64,000 nucleotides of DNA, from NCBI GenBank assembly GCA_051294375.1, contig CM119263.1, positions 6,296,932-6,360,931 on the forward strand, given 5' to 3'. Shown here one piece after another: positions 51,375-64,000 of the stretch. The position numbers and the translations under genes are program-made. The notes under the pieces were generated by a model. It had not been told where the DNA came from. It did not search any database and was given only the letters and a program-made list of their open reading frames with translations. The stretch's first letter is position 1. Each line of letters opens with the position of its first letter. Source of the DNA: Paraspadella gotoi (Eukaryota > Animalia > Chaetognatha).

Positions 51375-53026
51375 TCATTTAGAGGAACAAGTATGATAGT
51401 TAACTGTGTCACAAACTCCTGCCTGTTCGTTGTAGGAGGTTCCATTGGGACACGGCCTGGATATAAATGATCCGTTAATGCACTGACGATATTGTTTGCA
51501 ATTGCCTTCATCCTTGAAAATGGCTCCGTTTGGAGAGCATGGGTTGCTACTGCTGCTGCTGGAACTACCAGTTGAACTGCCCGTTGAACACAGTTGGATC
51601 CGCCAGTGGATCCGCCAGTGGATCCGCCAGTGGAACCGCCTGTGGAACCGCCAGTGGATCCGCCAGTGGAACCGGCCAGTGAGCCGCCAGTTGACCCGCC
51701 TGTAGAACCGCCCGTTGAACTTCCCACGGAACTGGCGCCCGTAGCTGCTCCGCTCGAACTTACGGCGAGTTCCTCTTTGACGAACTTGATGAGAGGATAC
51801 TTGCCCTCTCCGCAGGATCCACCGGTGAAGTCGTCGAGATCGAGAGCCCAGATCATTCCGCCGGCCAGTCCCTCGTCACGAAGTAGCTTGACTTTTGACC
51901 GTAGAGTCTGCTTGTTGTCGTAGCTGACCCACTGATCGCCCTTGTGCGCGAACATGCAATCCTGCACCGGGTCGTGTTCCGGCGTCCATCCTTCCTTCTT
52001 AACGAGGTCGCAGATCTCGTAGTAGGAGAGAAACCCGGCTTCCCTCGTGAATTCCCCGGCTTTTCCGGCGGAGCTGATGCCCTCCATCTTGGCCGGCGCG
52101 AAGACTCCGGTCTGCGATGGATCGGACAGCGTGAACGTCCGGCCATAGGTTGGCAGCCCCAAGACGAGCCTGGACGGATGGCAGCCTTGGGACTTGAAGT
52201 TTTCGACGGCCCACTGGACGTTGAGAGTGCCGCGTTCCTCGTCTTCGTCGGGGTGCTTCTTCAAGGGGGCGTTGTGGCCGGTGATCTTCTCCCAGGCGCC
52301 GTGGAGATCGTAGGTCATCAGCAGCACGAAGTCTAATTTCTCGCAGAGCTCCGGCAGGACGTAGCCGTCGTCGACGCGCCGCTTTCCGACGCCCACCGCC
52401 GCCGTTAACATGTGCCTGAATGGGTCGAGCGCCCTGCGAATCTCGTCGATGAGAAGTATGAAGTTTTTCTTGTCCTCGGGAGCGCTGTTGCGATCAACGG
52501 CGCCGGGATATTCCCAGTCGAGATCAAATCCGTCGAATCCGTATCTCTCCATCACGTCGCGCGTCGATTCAGCGAACCGACTCCGCGACGCATCCGTCTT
52601 GGCGATACGATGGAAGAGTTCGTTGGGGTGGTTCCATCCCCCGACGGAGAGCAATATCTTGAGTTTCGGGTTCGTCTTCTTCAGATCCATAATTCGCCCG
52701 TACATCTCTTTGTCGTTGTACTCGTAAGTGCCGAGACTGAGATCCTCTTGCACGTACGCGAAGGCAAAGTTTATGTGCGTGCACAGGTTTGCGTCCACGT
52801 TTTCGGGGACGAACTTTTGCGGGTTAGGACGGTACTGAGCCCAGCTGGTGTAGTAGCACCATAGCACCCGCTCTTGTGGCTGGGTCGGCTGCTTGGGGTA
52901 GCGGGTGAGAAAGGCGACTTTGGAAGAGAAGTAGGCGGAGAGGAATCCGACGCCGCCAGTGGGGCCGGCGATGGCGGGCGAGAGGGCGCCGGTCGCGAAG
53001 AAGGCGACGAAGAGGAGAAAATACAT
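51375..53026 (-). CDS. GH18 chitinase with a (GSTG)n linker and C-terminal CBM14 (peritrophin-A) chitin-binding domain
   Basis: Signal peptide; CYYTSWAQYR; LCTHINFAFA; KILLSVGGW; catalytic FDGFDLDWEYP; MTYDLHGAWE; MIWALDLDDF. After an apparent indel at ~51585-51600 the alternate frame reads CSPNGAIFKDEGNCKQYRQCINGSFISRPCPNGTSYNEQAGVCDTVNYHTCSSK* (6 Cys), with TGA at 51377-51375. Confidence 0.96.
51596..51720 (-). repeat. 12-bp coding tandem repeat (GGST)n forming the chitinase linker
   Basis: ggatccgccagt / ggaaccgccagt units. Confidence 0.9.
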
Positions 53027-53833
53027 CTTAGAAACGAGAGCGACTGTTGAATTAAGAATAGAGAGTGTTGGAGCGATCGTGAGAGCGATCGCGATGTTCC
53101 GATAGAGAATGAGAGGCTCGAGCGAGAGAGAGACCTTTTTTGTATTCGGGATCGGGAGCTGAATTTCGGGGGGGCGGGGAGGTCGAGGCGACCAAACTGG
53201 ATAAACGACGTCGTCATCGCTGTCGTCGTTCTCGATTAAAGGAATCTGTCTTCAAGGATGGGAAGAATGTAAAGGCAGCAATTTCGAGAGCAACGAAGAC
53301 CGCGTAAAAAACAAGCTTTTGATGTGGCTTTTTTTTTGCCAAAAATAATTAATTTAATTAAAACAATTGTCCATAAAAATATTTTTTTGAAAATTTTCTC
53401 TTCAAAGAAAAAAAAACGCACTGGCCGGATTACAGAAAATATACATTGGTAAGTATAAAAGGGTCTTATCGGGATGCACTCTGGCTGAGACGCATCTCGC
53501 ATCGATCGCCGAATTGGATGCGTGACTGTGACCGATTACGTAGTAGCATCGTTCTAAATTGCCCAAAACCTGTCGTGCAAAACGACCCTTAAAGCGGACG
53601 ACAACAACGACGAGGATCACAACGAAGGGGTGAACAATTGGGGTCACTTTTCGTGGTCAAGTTCCGAATCAAAGTCGAGTTTTCTATGCAGAGAAAACGG
53701 ACAGAATTTTTTTGACTTTTCAGGCTAATTTTTATCAAGCTTTAATGCAATAATGAATGAATAGCTTAACGAATAAATAAATATTTTGATCGAATCAATC
53801 AAATTGTCAATTCATATCGTTGACTCGTCTCAC

Positions 53834-54516
53834 CTGTAATCCGTTTGCCTCGTAAAGTCTTTTCCGGCGATAACGCCATTGGTTTCCATGACGACGTCTT
53901 TTCCGACGCCGGATTCGTCGGAGTCGCCGTTCGGGCGCCGGGCGACGTTGCGGGCGAGCCTCTCGTGCGCTCTGTCCGTCACTAAGAATCGGACGTCATC
54001 GCCCGCCCCCTGTGCCGCCGGCTTCCAAGGCCACTGGGGTGGCATCTGCGACCCTGAAGGAGGTGGGTATGTAAATATATATTTTGTATATTAGTGTGAC
54101 AAAATTACAAAAACGTATTTAACTTCTTTTCTACAAAAAAATTTCTGGGGGAAATAAGAATGGTTATATTTTGATTACGATAATTAAGAGGTAATGAAAA
54201 TTCACTTATAAATCCCTCTACGATTACGAATTGCTTAAAATTTTATACTCTTTAAGATAATTACTTATTACTAAAAAAAAAATAAACAGCTAATTATTAA
54301 TTAGTTTTTAATAATTAAATTGTTTTGAAGAACCGACCGACTAAAAAACCCACCGGCGTTCAACTTGACGCAACCGTCTCCCTTTTTCACGTTTAGCGTC
54401 CCGGCGGCGCCGCTGTTTCCGCCGCCGCCGGCGTTGGCGGGCATAGTCCAGGGACGCCACGTGCGCCAGGGACGGTAAACGGTGTTCATGGCGTGGGACG
54501 TGGAGTGACGCGGCAT
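53834..54516 (-). CDS. Two spliced coding exons of uncertain gene, possibly the N-terminal exons of the tau-like gene
   Basis: Exon ~54516-54354 (MPRHSTSHAMNTVYRPWRTWRPW...KLNA G|gtgggt) joins in phase 1 to exon 54053-53834 (ccttcag|..SQMPPQWPWKPAAQGAGDDVRF..TDYR|gtgag). GC-rich, coding-like composition; start codon uncertain. Confidence 0.45.
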
Positions 54517-54718
54517 CTGACCCAAAGTCGGTTGACCCGGCGACGCTGGATCCGGCGAAGACGATCGTCGGCACCGCGGCGGCGCCACGCGGCGCGGAGG
54601 AGGAAGAAACGGGTACCAACAAGAACAGGTAGTGGCATTGAACCTGACGGACTTGTCGAGGAAAAGGAGGGGAGTAATTGTGAAGAGTAGATGAGGGGTG
54701 AAGAGAAGGAGAAGGAAT

Positions 54719-54757
<39 letters not shown>

Positions 54758-55555
54758 ATCTCTTCTCTCTCTCTCTTCTCTCTCTCTCTCTCTCTTCCTC
54801 TCTCTCTCTCTCATCTCTCTCTCTCTCTCTCTCTCTCTCGTAAGGAACAAAGAAAATACGTTCTCTCTGACGTGGGAATCAGGCAGTCACAAACAGGCGA
54901 AGATCTCAGGCGGAGTATTAGATTAAAATTTGTGAGTGAAAATCCGAGGACGACGCTGCCTCGGCCGCTGCCGCTACCGCTGACATCGTAATTTTTCATT
55001 CCAGCCCAATTTTCTTCCTTTTTTTCCTTTTTTTTTTAGTTTAAGTCTTTTGTTTTGGTTCTTCGTCTTCCTCAATTTGTTTTCTTCATTTTCTATATTC
55101 TCTCTTTAATCTTCTTCTCTTGTCCTCATCCGAACTTATTTATTTTCCGATTCGTCTTTCCGTCTTTATTGTCGTCGTCGTTGTACTAACTTTTCTTGTT
55201 CCAAGTATCATTGTTTATCGTTTTTCTCATTGTTTTCTTAATGTTCTAATGTTTCTTCTTCTTTTTTTGCCTTTGCCAACTCTCTTTCGGTCTCCTTCTT
55301 TTTCTTCTTTTCTCTCCTTCTTCTCCTTTTCCTTCTTCTTCTTCTTTACTCAGGTCTTGGTTCTCTTCCTCCTAATTGGTTTCTCGCCAATAGTAGTGTT
55401 TTTCCATCAATCTTTCCCGCCAAACGCCGACCACTTCTTGTCTGTCACTCGCAGATCAGCCACTTCCCAGACAAACTTCACCCAACTTTCGCACTTTCAC
55501 TCAACTCGAGCTTTTCTACGAAAGATAATTTCAGATTCACAAGCCTGCCTGCCTG

Positions 55556-55658
<103 letters not shown>

Positions 55659-56133
55659 CTATTTCTCTATTTTTTTTCCCTTCGTTTCCTACTTTCTGAT
55701 TATTCCCCCCCCCCTCCCCCCTCGCGTCTTCATTTCCCACTCCCCCCCAACTCCCCCCCACGCCATCCGGATTCCATTCCTGCTCAGAGATTCGATCTCT
55801 TAATTACTTTCTCCTCCCGCCGCCTCGTTCACTCGCTCGCGGTAATTAACCGCTCGTATCAACTTTCCCCACCCGATCCTCACCCACCCCATCTGTCCAT
55901 CCACTTACCCTCCCCTCCCGTCCAAATAGGAACTAACCTTGGTTTGGGCGTGTCTCCTCTGCCGCTATCGGTTCAAGTTTTCTTCCACGGTGACGCCTTT
56001 AAATTCCATCGCCATCGTCACAATAGTTTTCTTTATCGCTCACTGTGTGTGTCTCTCTCTCTCTTTCTCAGTCCCAGGTTTACGGTTAAGTTTCTCTTTT
56101 CTATCTGTCTCGATCTCGCGCGCTCTTCGTTCG

Positions 56134-56164
<31 letters not shown>

Positions 56165-57734
56165 GCTCTGGCGTATTCCCCCGAGCAAAAACTATTCTCT
56201 GCGGAAAGATAAAAAAAATGAAAAAAATCCCGTCGTTTTGAATTTCGTCGACAAAAGTTGTTGCGCCGAAAATTTCATAAATTATGATCGACGAACGTAA
56301 AAAACGTCGGATCTAAACGCAAGCCCCATAGAAGGCCCCAACGCCGCGGCGGAGTCCCCCGACAGTTTTAAGTTTCAAGTCGCGACCCCAGGAAAAAAAA
56401 CAAACCGTAAAAAAAAATCGTAATTCCGCCAGAAAAGAAGAAAAAATTAATTCAAACTCTTTTCAAAATAATCGCGTAAAAATCGTCAAAACATTTCTAA
56501 GAAAGAAAAACTTATGTTAGTTTGAGCGGCGAATTTACAAAATTTCGTAAGCAAAACTAATCGCCTCTCTCTCTCTCTCTCTCTCTCTTCCTCTCCATCA
56601 TCACCTCCTCCTCGTCTCTCTCATCCTCCGTCTCTCTCGTCTCTGAGTCATATACTCCAGCTCTCTCCGAAACGCAGCCGAGACCGGAGCGGCGCGCGCG
56701 GGCTGCCGGATCGACTCACTTCTCGCTTCCGGATGCTATTCTTCCAGCACGGGGCGGAGATTTCCTCTTCCTCGCGGAGCGGCTACTCCGGGTGCGAGAA
56801 GTCACGAAAGAAGCGATGCGGGAGCCGGGATAGTCTCTCGTGCTTCTTCTCGTCTCTATTTCTCGTCACTCTCTCTTGCTCTTGCGCCTCTCTCTTCTAT
56901 CTTTGTTTTTCTTTTAATGTATTATTTTGTCCATTCCCTCTCTCTTTGAAATTTCTCATCAAATTTATTATATTTAAACTTGATAATTTTTTTTTAAATA
57001 ACTAATTTTGAAGAAAGCCAATAACTAACTTTAATAACGACACTCCTTTTAGGGATTAGCAGTATTGCAAGTATTTTAAAAAACGAATTTTTTTTCTCAT
57101 ATATGGCCGAAAAATAATAATGAATTTGGAGTAAAAAATAAGGCTCTTGAAATAATCACCAGCCCTGAAAACAAACAAAAAAAACAAATAAATCCAAGCG
57201 AATCCAATACAACAATATATTCTAAATTAGAAAAAATGTTTTCAAAAAAAAACAAAATTTTTTGACATTGTGTTAAAAAGAATATTTTTATTAATTTCAG
57301 AAGTTAAAAAAGTAACTAGGAATTAAAAAAATATGAAGTCTAAATCCAACTTTGTAGAGCTGACAATAGGCTAAATTTGCATACTATGTTTTATTTTTTA
57401 AAGTTACCTAAGTTTTAATTGATTGTGAATTTTGTGACATAAGTATTAAAAAGGGGGTAAAGATAATCAATAAGTTGATGCTCAATATTCAAAGACCTCA
57501 TTGGGGCCGAGAAAGATAAGTACTTAAAGACATTTTCGAATTGAGTAAAAATTGATGTCAGAATATGCCACATGTCGGGTTACCAAAAATGAGCCACAAT
57601 TAAAGTCTCTATGGTAAAGGTACTTCAGAGATATCTCCCACCTTAATTACAGGAAATACAAAAATAAAAAAATTTAGACTGTTATTTATTAAACTGTAGT
57701 ATAAATGGTTTGATTAATTAATTAAAGTAGTAGT

Positions 57735-57770
<36 letters not shown>

Positions 57771-58785
57771 CTTAGGATTCCAGAGCAAATGTTTTTGCCA
57801 CGGGCTTGTTTCAACTTATGCTACACTCCTGGTATATAGCCTTAGGCGACCTCTCAAAACAGTACGGCACTAAGGGAGCTTTCTGAGACAGAAGAAGACA
57901 ACCTTAAAAACTGGTGCTTGACTTTTTTTTGGAAAAACTTGATATTTAGTCAATTGAATTAAAATTTAAATAATAGGAGAAATTTAATCTGGGCTTTTAA
58001 AAGTAAGAAAAAATATTTTAAAATTGACATTTCAAATGTTTAAATATGGGCTAATGCGAAAATTGAAAATAAAGAAAAAAATATTAAAAAATATTCCAGC
58101 ATGCATGCTCGAATTTTTATTCTACTTGATTCTATAAATTTTTCTACTCTTTACTCCTCATACGTCCCTCCTATCGCGTAACCAAAAATGCAAATAAATG
58201 ATATTATCATCCTCATTTCGAATTATTTTTATCTTATCATATTTTCAATTTGTTTTCAGGCATATTTAATAATTATTGTTAGATGTTATATCTTTTTATT
58301 AATATTATTATTTTAAAGCTCAAAATCTGTAATATTAAAAAAATTGTTGACTAATTTTTAAATTTTTTTTCCCTTCTTTCTTTTCTTTCTCTTCTCCGTT
58401 CTGTTCTGTCTTTCTTTTTTTTTCTTTCTTTTTTTTGACATAGTGAAATGACACCTAGCCAATAGATGTAATACTTCAAAAAGGCCTTATCTCTTTAAAA
58501 GCAGACTCGCGATACACGCGACCTATGATCGTCCGCTCCGGACGCGCAACGAGAAGAGCCTCGCGTGACGAGGGTAGAGCAGAGAGAAGAGAGTAAAGTC
58601 ACGCTGCAGCTACGATCGGATCGACTTTGCAGCCGCGCAGGATCCGGGAGATAAGGAGAAGGAAAGAGGAAGAGGAGTAAAGAAATAGCCGAGCGCAAAA
58701 AGTTCGAAGGCAGGGAGAAGCCGATCGCGGCCCGCGCCGGCTGCTTCCGGAGCTGCGCTGTTTCGAGGCTTCTGAGTAAGCCATG

Positions 58786-58875
<90 letters not shown>

Positions 58876-59034
58876 CTCACTCCGTCTGAATTCGATAAAG
58901 TTTCGTGTTTTTTAGATTTCATGCTTCCCTGTTCTTCCCTCTCTTTCCAAGGCGAAGGTTTTCCTCCTTCCCCACATTTCTTTTAAAAACATTAAATCTA
59001 AGACGAAGAAGCGAAAGTAAGAACCGTTCCCATG

Positions 59035-59143
<109 letters not shown>

Positions 59144-59304
59144 CAATCGTGTCGAATCTTTCTCTGAATTTTATTTCCTTTCATGAAAGGGCAAAGGAGG
59201 GAAAGGAGAGAAAAGGGCGATTCCCTCCCCTCACCCATTCCATATAATTTGGGCCCTGAATATGAATGAACGAATCGAAGGGCGGTCGGTTCTCTCTCTC
59301 TCCA

Positions 59305-59346
<42 letters not shown>

Positions 59347-59378
59347 TCTTCGCCTCTCTCTCTCTCTCTCTCTCTTCT

Positions 59379-59415
<37 letters not shown>

Positions 59416-61483
59416 CTCTGCTCTCGCTCTTTTCGCTCTCTCTCATCTCTCTCCTTCCTCGTCCCTCTCTCCTCGATTCTCCTCTCTCCATCCATCTCAC
59501 CTTCGTCTCTCTCTCTCTCTCCCTCCATTTTCCATGGTGCCGAAACTCGTTCCGATCTCTTCTTTGCCTCATGAGGCAAAAGAGGGAAATCGGAGTTGAA
59601 TGAGTGAGAAGACGTTTTACAGCGAGCGCCTCGTATAACGACTTTCCGCGCAAACATCTAACCCGTTAAAGAGGCCGATAAATTATCCGACTGTAGTCGA
59701 TTTCTCCTTCCTATCATCGCGAGTGATGAGCCGAAACGAATAACATGGCGGGAAATGTCGGGGCATGGAGGTCAGAAGACCGGAATGAAGTTTAAAAGAT
59801 GCGACAGGGCCCTGGGCAGTCATCCCCAGGATCGCGGCTGACATTTTCAAACCCCATAAGAATATGCCGCCTTGAAAGCAGAAGAGACAAGAGCAAGGGA
59901 TCACTCGGCAAAGGACGAATTTGGGATCGAGAGAGGGTGAGGACGAGGGCAAAATTAGGGTGAGGTAAGGCTAAGGATGAAGGGTAAGTTCAGAGAAGGA
60001 CGAGGAACAAATTTCCATCTCGTTTCGCGTCCAGAGCCAAAAGAGGAGTTCGTCAGCGGCGCCACCCAAGCGGAACAGTTTCGTCAAACGGGCGAAAGAG
60101 GGCGTTTCTTGGCGCGGACGAGAGGGACGTAGCGGTGACGGGGTGATTGGTGGGGTGAGCAGAGGCGAAAGGGTGTCGTGATCTAAAAACGCCAATATTA
60201 TTTCTTATTTCACCTCAAACAACTCGGGGCGTGGCATTTGGCAATGAAATAATCTTTGCAGAATAGTTTAAAAATAGTTTTTTTTAGCTGAAAGACAAAG
60301 ATATCGCGTTATAAAAATTGTCAAAGCAAAGGGCGTTGTTTCGTGAAAAAGGGGGAGGGCCGGGGGCGAAGGGGCCTCGATTGAGGGTTGAAAGAGTGAA
60401 GCGGAAGCATCGCCGAGATCGGTCATTGTTTTCACGTGGAAAGTTAAGATGTGTGGGAAAGTAAAGATTTTGTTTTTTTGTTTTTTTTTGCCTCGGAAAA
60501 AAAAACGGAGAGGGTAATATTTCGAATTAAAAAATAAAAAAATAAAAATTAAAAAGAAAAAAAACCGCAAATAGGAAAAATTAAAACTGAAAATATTCGA
60601 AGCGGAAAAAAAAAAGGCAACGAAGTCGAAGAAGAAAAAAAAAATTGTAGAAGCGCGAGGACGATAAAGGCCGATAAAAAAAGGGGGAGTGAGGGAGGGA
60701 GGGGGGGAGGGAGGGGGGGAAAGGAGGAGACGAGGGGGTCGTTGAGGAGCAGAAGGGCAAAAAGGGGGAAAGCAGAAGGAGAAGGGCAAAAAGATCGAAA
60801 GGTTTTGACGTTAATCAAGACGTCATTGAAACCTTTCCAATTTGCAAGATCACCTTTCGAGTTCTGCTGCCTTTTTTTCGCCTTTGACTCTCAGCTGTGT
60901 AAAAATTTGAAGAAGAGGAAACGTCACGTCACGGACTGATTGAAAAAACTTCGAGTTTAGAGAAAACGGACATTTTTCGACTAACAATTAGTCGAAAAAT
61001 GTATGTTTTCATGTAAAAACCGTATGTCCTTGTTGTGAAACAAAAGTTAAATTGTTCTAATAGTTTCAAATACACGCAGTTGTTTACATTTTTTTATTTC
61101 AATCGAAACGCTTGAACGTCAAATCACTGGTTCGCTTTTTTCCTTCATTCCTCCGCGTACCGATTGATTCTTAACTTAACCTTTCCTCACTTTTTCCTTT
61201 TTCTTTTCTCTTTCCTTTCCTCCTTTCCTCGTTCCTCATTTTTCTCTTCGATCTCTCACCTTTCGTCCCTCTTCAATTTCCTCCCTTTTCCTCCCTTTGC
61301 TCTCTCGCTCGTTTTCAATTTCCTCCTTCGGGTTCGGTCACCAAACAACCGATCACAAGGTTCGATTCGTCGTCGTCGTCGTCGTCGTCGTCGATCGAAA
61401 AAAAAACCTTTTCGATTCGTGATTCGTCAAAGTCTTCACTTATTCTCTGAGTGAAAGAAAAGAGAACAGAACAAAAGATGTTT

Positions 61484-61560
<77 letters not shown>

Positions 61561-61708
61561 AAAAATAAAAGAATATAAAAAAAGGGGTAATTATTTCCAA
61601 CTCAATTCTGGTCGGAATCGCGATTATCGAATTTTCTTCTTCTTTTTTTTTCGCAGAAGAAAAGAAATCGTGAAGGGGAAGCGAGGAGGGCTTTATCCGA
61701 TAATGGAA

Positions 61709-61786
<78 letters not shown>
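61709..61786. repeat. (GAC)n microsatellite
   Basis: Perfect trinucleotide run, followed by (GACGAA)n at ~61832-61869. Confidence 0.96.
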
Positions 61787-61789
<3 letters not shown>

Positions 61790-62462
61790 GAAGGTGACAT
61801 CCCGAGAGAAATTGATGGAAGGTTTTTCGCCGACGAAGACGAAGACGAAGACGAAGACGAAGACGAAGATGGAAGGAAAAAGAAAGTTGTTGTCTTTTCT
61901 TCGTCGTTGTCATCGTTGTTGTTGTCCTCGTCTGTAGAATCATGTCAATTTTTTTAACATGTAAGTTATCACAAGCCTCCTTCCTCATTATAATAATATA
62001 AGTTGCTAAATATTATCTTACGAAATAAATTCTTTCCTCTGGAATGTTCGCCTCGTTCGATGTTAATCCGGCGGCCTGGCAATCGAAAAACAACAACGAC
62101 GACAACGACAACGACAACGATCAAAACTAGAAGACGTCGTAGAAATTGATGGAAAATTCTTCGACGAAGAAGAAGAATAATGTAGCCTGCAGGGGTTAGA
62201 GAAGACGACGACGATGGCGACGACGAACACCGCGACGACGATGACGACGATAGCGACGTTGAATCGGATTTACATTTTCGCGACGACAAATTTTTCGTTC
62301 CACCCAAAAAAGTTGGAAAAAAAGTTTATATAATATGAATGAATTATGGTTGTACTAATAATAAGCGGAGGACTGCAAAGGCGAGAGCAAATAAAAAAGC
62401 AAATCAAATGGTTAAAAGAAGAAAAGAAAAGAAAAAAAAAGAAAAGAAAAGAGAATAGAAAA

Positions 62463-62540
62463 GAATAGAATAGAATAGAATAGAATAGAATAGAATAGAA
62501 TAGAATAGAATAGAATAGAATAGAATAGAATAGAATAGAA
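62463..62540. repeat. (GAATA)n pentanucleotide microsatellite
   Basis: Perfect pentamer run. Confidence 0.96.
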
Positions 62541-64000
62541 AAGAAAAGAGAGGAAAAATAAATTGACTCTGCGAAAACATCATAGATTCGCCAAACGCTG
62601 TTTTCTTTTTTGCCGGGCGACGATTTCCGTGTGCGAAGGGTCGGGCGGCCCCGCGCGGGGGGGGGTGAGGGCTGAGCGTCTTGAGGGAGAGATGATGGAG
62701 ATGATGGAGAGATCGTGATGGGGCGATTCACGGAGTTAATGAGGCGGATTAGAGGCGGGATAAAAAGGAGGAAGCGGAATCGAGCGGACCGAGTTTGGGA
62801 GACGAACAGGATGGAATCATTGGTGAGTCTATGTGAGACTAGGTGAGTCTAGGTGAGTCTAGGTCTAGTCAAAAGGGCGCGGGGTCGAAAACATTGTTTA
62901 CATTCGCCCAGAACCTCATCTCCAACCGCGAAACAATCTTCTTCGTCCCACGACGCGAGACTCCGACTTGTTTATTTCCTCCTTTTGTTTGTTCACGTCT
63001 AAAAAAAAAACAAAAAACAAAAAAACCAAACACAATTTTATGCCGCGTTATTTCTCGTAGAGCGAGAGAATGGGGGGTGGGGGCCAAATTAAAAAGAAAA
63101 AGAGGCGGAGGAACAAAGAAGAAAAAAGAAAATAGCAAAAGAAAAGCGAAAAATTAATGTTTTTCGCGAGAGGGAGAATTAGAAAAACCATTTTTGATTT
63201 TTAACAACAAAAACAACAAAGCAAACAACAAAATTTAAACAAAAAAGGATAATGGAGAAGAAAAGAAAGGAAGATTAAGGGAAAAAAGGAAAGAACACAA
63301 TTTGCCCTCTTTTTTTTCCTTTCTTTTTTTTTTCGTCCTCAATTTCCACGGGTTTTCCTTCGGGTCTAATTTCCCCGCGTTTTTTCGGATCTGAGACGAT
63401 CAAGGGACGGAGGACCGCGTCGGGGGATGGTGGAGAGGACGGGGGAGGGGGGGTGTTAATGATGGGGTGGTAATGGCGATGGCGGTCAAAAGGACGAGAG
63501 GTGCTGGACCGACGGACCGACAGATGGAACGGAATGACATCGATCGAAAACTGAGGCGAGATGTTTAAAGGTAAGGTCGAGAGAGAGATGATATCGGTCA
63601 GGGTAAGTGAAAGGTAAGTACGAGGGTTTTTGTTCGGATGAGACAAACGGAAAAGTTGTTGTCTTTTTTGACGCATATATGAGGCGTTTCTTGGAGACGG
63701 GACTACCGGACGTGAGGTGGAAAAGAAGATGGTGGCGTTGGCGAGGCCGACTGGGAAGGGGGTGGGTCCTTCGGGAGGGGAGAGATCTGGACCGAGATCC
63801 TTACGCCTTTGGGTTTTTTTCGGCTAAGAAAAAAAAAATCTAAGCCGAGACCCAAAATGGTCTCTCTCTCTCGAAAAAAAAAGGCCAATCGGGTCCTTGT
63901 TATTTTTTTTTTTTCTCTGTTTCAGTTTCACCTTTTCGTTCTTTTTTTTTCGTTCTTTTGTTTCCGTTTTTGTTTTCTAATCGTTTTTAGTAGCGGCTCT

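Noticed and set aside
51347-51600. ORF-track C-terminus of the chitinase (NCVQRAVQLVV...)
   Set aside because: Out-of-frame read-through; the real CBM14 domain is in another frame
51375-53026. Horizontal transfer of the intronless chitinase from bacteria
   Set aside because: The motifs (CYYTSWAQYR, LCTH, YYEIC, WALDLDDF) and CBM14 are animal-type
61602-61988. Poly-Asp and poly-Arg ORFs
   Set aside because: (GAC)n microsatellite; no splice or domain support

Overview
Animal (invertebrate-type) nuclear DNA: GC- and CpG-rich exons in AT-rich introns, dense (GA)n and other microsatellites, two N gaps, and several 1-bp indels that look like long-read consensus errors. Spliced by eye, the window holds: a sphingomyelin synthase (-, 3508-9792), a FoxN2/3 forkhead factor (-, 15635-18804), a CLCA whose two introns are both GC-AG (+, 21443-25380), a 9-exon ~1539-aa gene (+, 27520-34372), a BPI/LBP/CETP-fold gene (-, 40876-45217, with its 3' half inside a 3.6-kb tandem duplication), a tau/MAP2-type repeat exon (-, 46278-46779), an atypical Ras-superfamily GTPase with a Cys-rich N-terminus (-, 48419-49865) and a GH18 chitinase with a CBM14 domain (-, 51375-53026), plus MITE-, Helitron- and SINE-like elements. 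Top candidate for an undescribed system is the 27.5-34.4 kb gene: signal peptide, two N-glycosylation-rich (apparently extracellular) ankyrin blocks, EGF and Ig domains, one TM helix, then a multi-pass domain resembling XK-related (XKR/CED-8) scramblases. Second is the BPI-like protein, which lacks a signal peptide and the family disulfide and ends in an acidic FFAT-like motif, suggesting a cytosolic contact-site lipid transporter. All family assignments come from motif recognition, not database searches. 55-64 kb is mostly low-complexity sequence with no gene I can support.
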